Shown in pieces: positions 61,309 through 64,000 of a DNA stretch of 64,000 nt. Both the position numbers and the translations under genes were made by a program. The stretch covers positions 1,600,001 through 1,664,000 of the forward strand of contig CAXXFF010000002.1 in assembly GCA_963676835.2 (NCBI GenBank), in the 5' to 3' direction. The DNA comes from Marispirochaeta sp. Lineage in GTDB: Bacteria > Spirochaetota > Spirochaetia > JC444 > Marispirochaetaceae. Positions within the stretch are counted from its first letter, which is position 1, and every line of letters starts with the position of its first letter. A model generated the notes under the pieces. The model was not told the DNA's origin and searched no databases. It saw nothing but the letters and a program-made list of their open reading frames with translations.

Positions 61309-62605
61309 TCTCCCCAAAGTCGCCATAGTCGGACGCCCCAATGTGGGGAAATCAACACTTTTTAACAGACTTGTCGGCAAACGAATTGCCATAACTGATC
61401 CTACCCCGGGGGTTACCCGGGATCCGGTGGAAGCCCCCTGGAATACCGGTTCCGGCGATGTGGTACTGATTGATACCGGTGGCTATAAACTGGAACAGGA
61501 CGAACTGGATGCTCTTGTTACTCTCAGAAGTCTCAATACCCTCAAGGATGCCGACTGTATTGTCCTCGTTCTTGATGTTTCGGAGGTTACTCCGGAAGAT
61601 GAATCCTTTATGGATCATCTTCGTGCGTTTTCAGACAGGGTAATTGTGGCGGTAAACAAGGTCGATCACGAAACCCGGGAATCCATGGTGCATAATTTCT
61701 ACTCCTATGGATTTGAGCGCATTATTGGGATTTCCTCTGCCCATGGACTGGGGCTGGAAGAGCTTATTAATGCGGTTGTTGATATGGTGCCTGAAGGGGG
61801 GACTGCATCCGTAGTCGAGCCTGGAATACGGCTGGCTATTCTGGGGAAACCGAATACCGGAAAATCAACCCTGCTAAACAGGCTCTGCGGGGGTGAGCGG
61901 TCAATTGTTTCAGATATCCCCGGAACTACGAGGGATGTTGTAGAAGGAACCTTCAATTATCGGGATACCTTGTACAAGGTCCTTGATACTGCGGGAATCC
62001 GCAGAAAAGGTAAGGTGACTGATCAGGTTGAATACTACTCTGTAAACCGGGCAATATCCGCCATTGAGAATGCGGACATTGTTTTTCTTATGATAGATTC
62101 CCAGTTCGGCCTAAGTGATCAGGATAAAAAGATTGCCAGTCTTATTGTAAAAAAGGGGCGGGGAGTCGTTCTTGTTCTGAACAAATGGGACCTTATGTCC
62201 GGTATCCCCAATGAGGAAGCGGCGGTTGAAGACCGGGTGCGCTTCCTTTTTCCCATGCTCGATTTCGCTCCCCTGCTGCATATTTCTGCACTGAAAGGAG
62301 AAGGGATTGAACCTCTGCTCGATACGGCTTATAAGGTTTGGAAACAGCTCAACCGGAGGGTGGATACGGGAGAACTTAACCGTAACCTTGCATCATGGAC
62401 TGAACATTACGAGCCTCCCCGGGACCGGCGCGGACAGTACCGTACCAAGTATATTACCCAGGTTTCGGTTAATCCTGTATCCTTCACCCTTTTTGTAAAC
62501 CGGCCGAAAGGCTTTCCTGCAGGCTATCTGCAGTATCTGAAAAACAGGCTCCGCAAGGATCTGGGGTTCAATTTAATTCCACTTGATATTCATGTCAAAG
62601 GCTGA
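61274..62605 (+). CDS. der: Ribosome biogenesis GTPase Der (EngA)
   Basis: Two G domains (GRPNVGKS/DTGG/NKVD and GKPNTGKS/DTAG/NKWD) plus a KH-like C-terminus. Confidence 0.97.
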   Translation: MHATISNATPTNLPKVAIVGRPNVGKSTLFNRLVGKRIAITDPTPGVTRDPVEAPWNTGSGDVVLIDTGGYKLEQDELDALVTLRSLNTLKDADCIVLVLDVSEVTPEDESFMDHLRAFSDRVIVAVNKVDHETRESMVHNFYSYGFERIIGISSAHGLGLEELINAVVDMVPEGGTASVVEPGIRLAILGKPNTGKSTLLNRLCGGERSIVSDIPGTTRDVVEGTFNYRDTLYKVLDTAGIRRKGKVTDQVEYYSVNRAISAIENADIVFLMIDSQFGLSDQDKKIASLIVKKGRGVVLVLNKWDLMSGIPNEEAAVEDRVRFLFPMLDFAPLLHISALKGEGIEPLLDTAYKVWKQLNRRVDTGELNRNLASWTEHYEPPRDRRGQYRTKYITQVSVNPVSFTLFVNRPKGFPAGYLQYLKNRLRKDLGFNLIPLDIHVKG

Positions 62606-62622
62606 TAAACCGATAGTCTAGT

Positions 62623-63915
62623 ATGCACAATTCTGGAAAGAGGATTCTTTTTCCGCTCCTCATACTGGTCTCGGTAATGCCTCTCTGGTCTCAGGGATTT
62701 TTCTCGTCCGCAGCGAGGTTTGCCTCTCTGCCGGACGCGGTGGATCTCAGGGTTTCCCTGCGCACCTCAATTACTGCTTCCGCCTGGACTGCCCGGCGGC
62801 TTCCTTCAGATATCTATACCAGTGAGACCGCCGGGATCCCGGTGCGGTTTCAGGTTAAGACACAGGGGGATGCATTCTACCTTCTGCTTACAAACAGGTA
62901 TCAGGATTCCTTTCCCCTCTACAGTGCGGGAAGCTATATAATCAAACGGAGTCTGGATGACGGTAAGTTTGTTCAGGCAAAAATATTTCTCAAGAATGAC
63001 CCGGACTGTTTTATCCGGCTTTTCCCGTTTAAGGAACGTTCGAAGATTGAAATCTGGCTCTATGGAAGTCTGATCTACCGGGAAGTTGTGGTGCCTTCGA
63101 GTTTTGAGGAGCTGCTCTTCAGCCCCTTCTCTCGGATTGTTGCCCTTACGGAGCAGAAGATCGACTGGCAGCTGCTGCTTCCTCCGGATCATCCGGCACC
63201 GGAGGTAACCCTAAACACCGTAGCATCATTGCGCAAGGCGGTCGAACTTCTTCCCGATATGGATGACGGTGCCCTGGATGATCAGGGACGGTTTATTTAT
63301 ATCGAGTCCGGTGAGCGGGCTGAGGCGGGCGGTTTCAACTGTTCCGGTTTTGCCAAATTTGCCGCCGATGGTCTGTATCTGCCTCTGCATGGCTCTCTCA
63401 TGCCGGTGGAGCCCTTAAAGCAGAAGCATCCCGACCTCCGGGGTGATCCATGGTCGGCCAGGTACGAGGATGAGCGGGATCCATTTTTCGGGCTTGACTG
63501 GACGCGGAATATCGCAGCCTTTATAGCTACCGGTGATGTGAAGGCTTCCTCCTATGAAAAATATGATGTTCGTCGTATTCCGTGGTCAGTATATGCGGAA
63601 GATGTCGGGTTTCCGATGCAGGAAATTAAATCGGTTCTCTATTATGAAGCGAAGGAGAATCCCGGCAGTATGTATCTCGCATCGGTTAATCTTGATTATG
63701 GCACGGATCCGGTGCTGAGACAGCATGTTCATGTTGCTGTTCTTCTTCCATATATTAAAGAGACTGGAGATCTCTCGGTTGCCGTATTTGAGCGCAACAG
63801 GGAAACCAGTGTCTCTTCTCTTCTTGAACGCTATCCCGGCGGCCACATCCATCTTGTACGGATTCCCCTGAATGCTCTCTATTCTCTGCCTGCTCTTCCC
63901 GGGGAATCCCGTTAA
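62623..63915 (+). CDS. Secreted protein of unknown function, possibly with a papain/NlpC-P60-like catalytic domain
   Basis: Signal peptide-like N-terminus; GFNCSGF and HVAV motifs. Confidence 0.75.
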   Translation: MHNSGKRILFPLLILVSVMPLWSQGFFSSAARFASLPDAVDLRVSLRTSITASAWTARRLPSDIYTSETAGIPVRFQVKTQGDAFYLLLTNRYQDSFPLYSAGSYIIKRSLDDGKFVQAKIFLKNDPDCFIRLFPFKERSKIEIWLYGSLIYREVVVPSSFEELLFSPFSRIVALTEQKIDWQLLLPPDHPAPEVTLNTVASLRKAVELLPDMDDGALDDQGRFIYIESGERAEAGGFNCSGFAKFAADGLYLPLHGSLMPVEPLKQKHPDLRGDPWSARYEDERDPFFGLDWTRNIAAFIATGDVKASSYEKYDVRRIPWSVYAEDVGFPMQEIKSVLYYEAKENPGSMYLASVNLDYGTDPVLRQHVHVAVLLPYIKETGDLSVAVFERNRETSVSSLLERYPGGHIHLVRIPLNALYSLPALPGESR

Positions 63916-63953
63916 TTTGAAACTCGGATAATAATGAGGTACATTTGGCGGGT

Positions 63954-64000
63954 ATGACAAAACCAGGTTTATATAAAGCCCTTTTCCTGATTTTTCTTGT
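63954..64000 (+). CDS. Possible 3'-partial CDS with a signal peptide (MTKPGLYKALFLIFL...)
   Basis: ATG at 63954, open to the window end, basic then hydrophobic. Only 15 codons are visible. Confidence 0.35.
   Translation, partial: MTKPGLYKALFLIFL

Overview
Chromosomal window from a spirochaete, probably a free-living Spirochaetaceae-type organism. Support: RpoB rifampicin-pocket Asn, an rfuABCD-like flavin ABC importer, prs next to an FGGY kinase, and the rplQ-rny-ymdB-tlyA-der neighbourhood. 1-24 kb is accessory or metabolic: two ABC-2 permeases, a candidate sugar-acid/2-hydroxy-acid catabolic cluster (DapA-family aldolase, Ldh2-family oxidoreductase, 2-HCT transporter, IlvD/Edd dehydratase, three GntR regulators, a thrice-repeated operator), a DUF89 phosphatase, argH, a riboflavin-type ABC importer behind an atypical FMN riboswitch, prs, an FGGY kinase, a YgjP-like protein, a B12 radical SAM enzyme and a NifA-like sigma54 activator. 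24-51.8 kb is the core transcription/translation supercluster (tRNA-Thr, rpmG, tRNA-Trp, secE, nusG, rplKAJL, rpoBC, rpsLG, tuf, S10, spc and alpha operons). It lacks fusA, adk, map and infA, and a ~300 nt structured leader sits where fusA usually is. 52-64 kb holds a 1112-aa membrane protein with 35 tandem DEVEEL-type repeats, rny, a ymdB-like gene that appears to start at CTG, tlyA, a GerMN protein, ptsI, der and a secreted protein with a papain/NlpC-P60-like Cys-His motif. No CRISPR array, rRNA or mobile element was seen. All calls come from reading the sequence and from recalled family motifs; no database searches were run.
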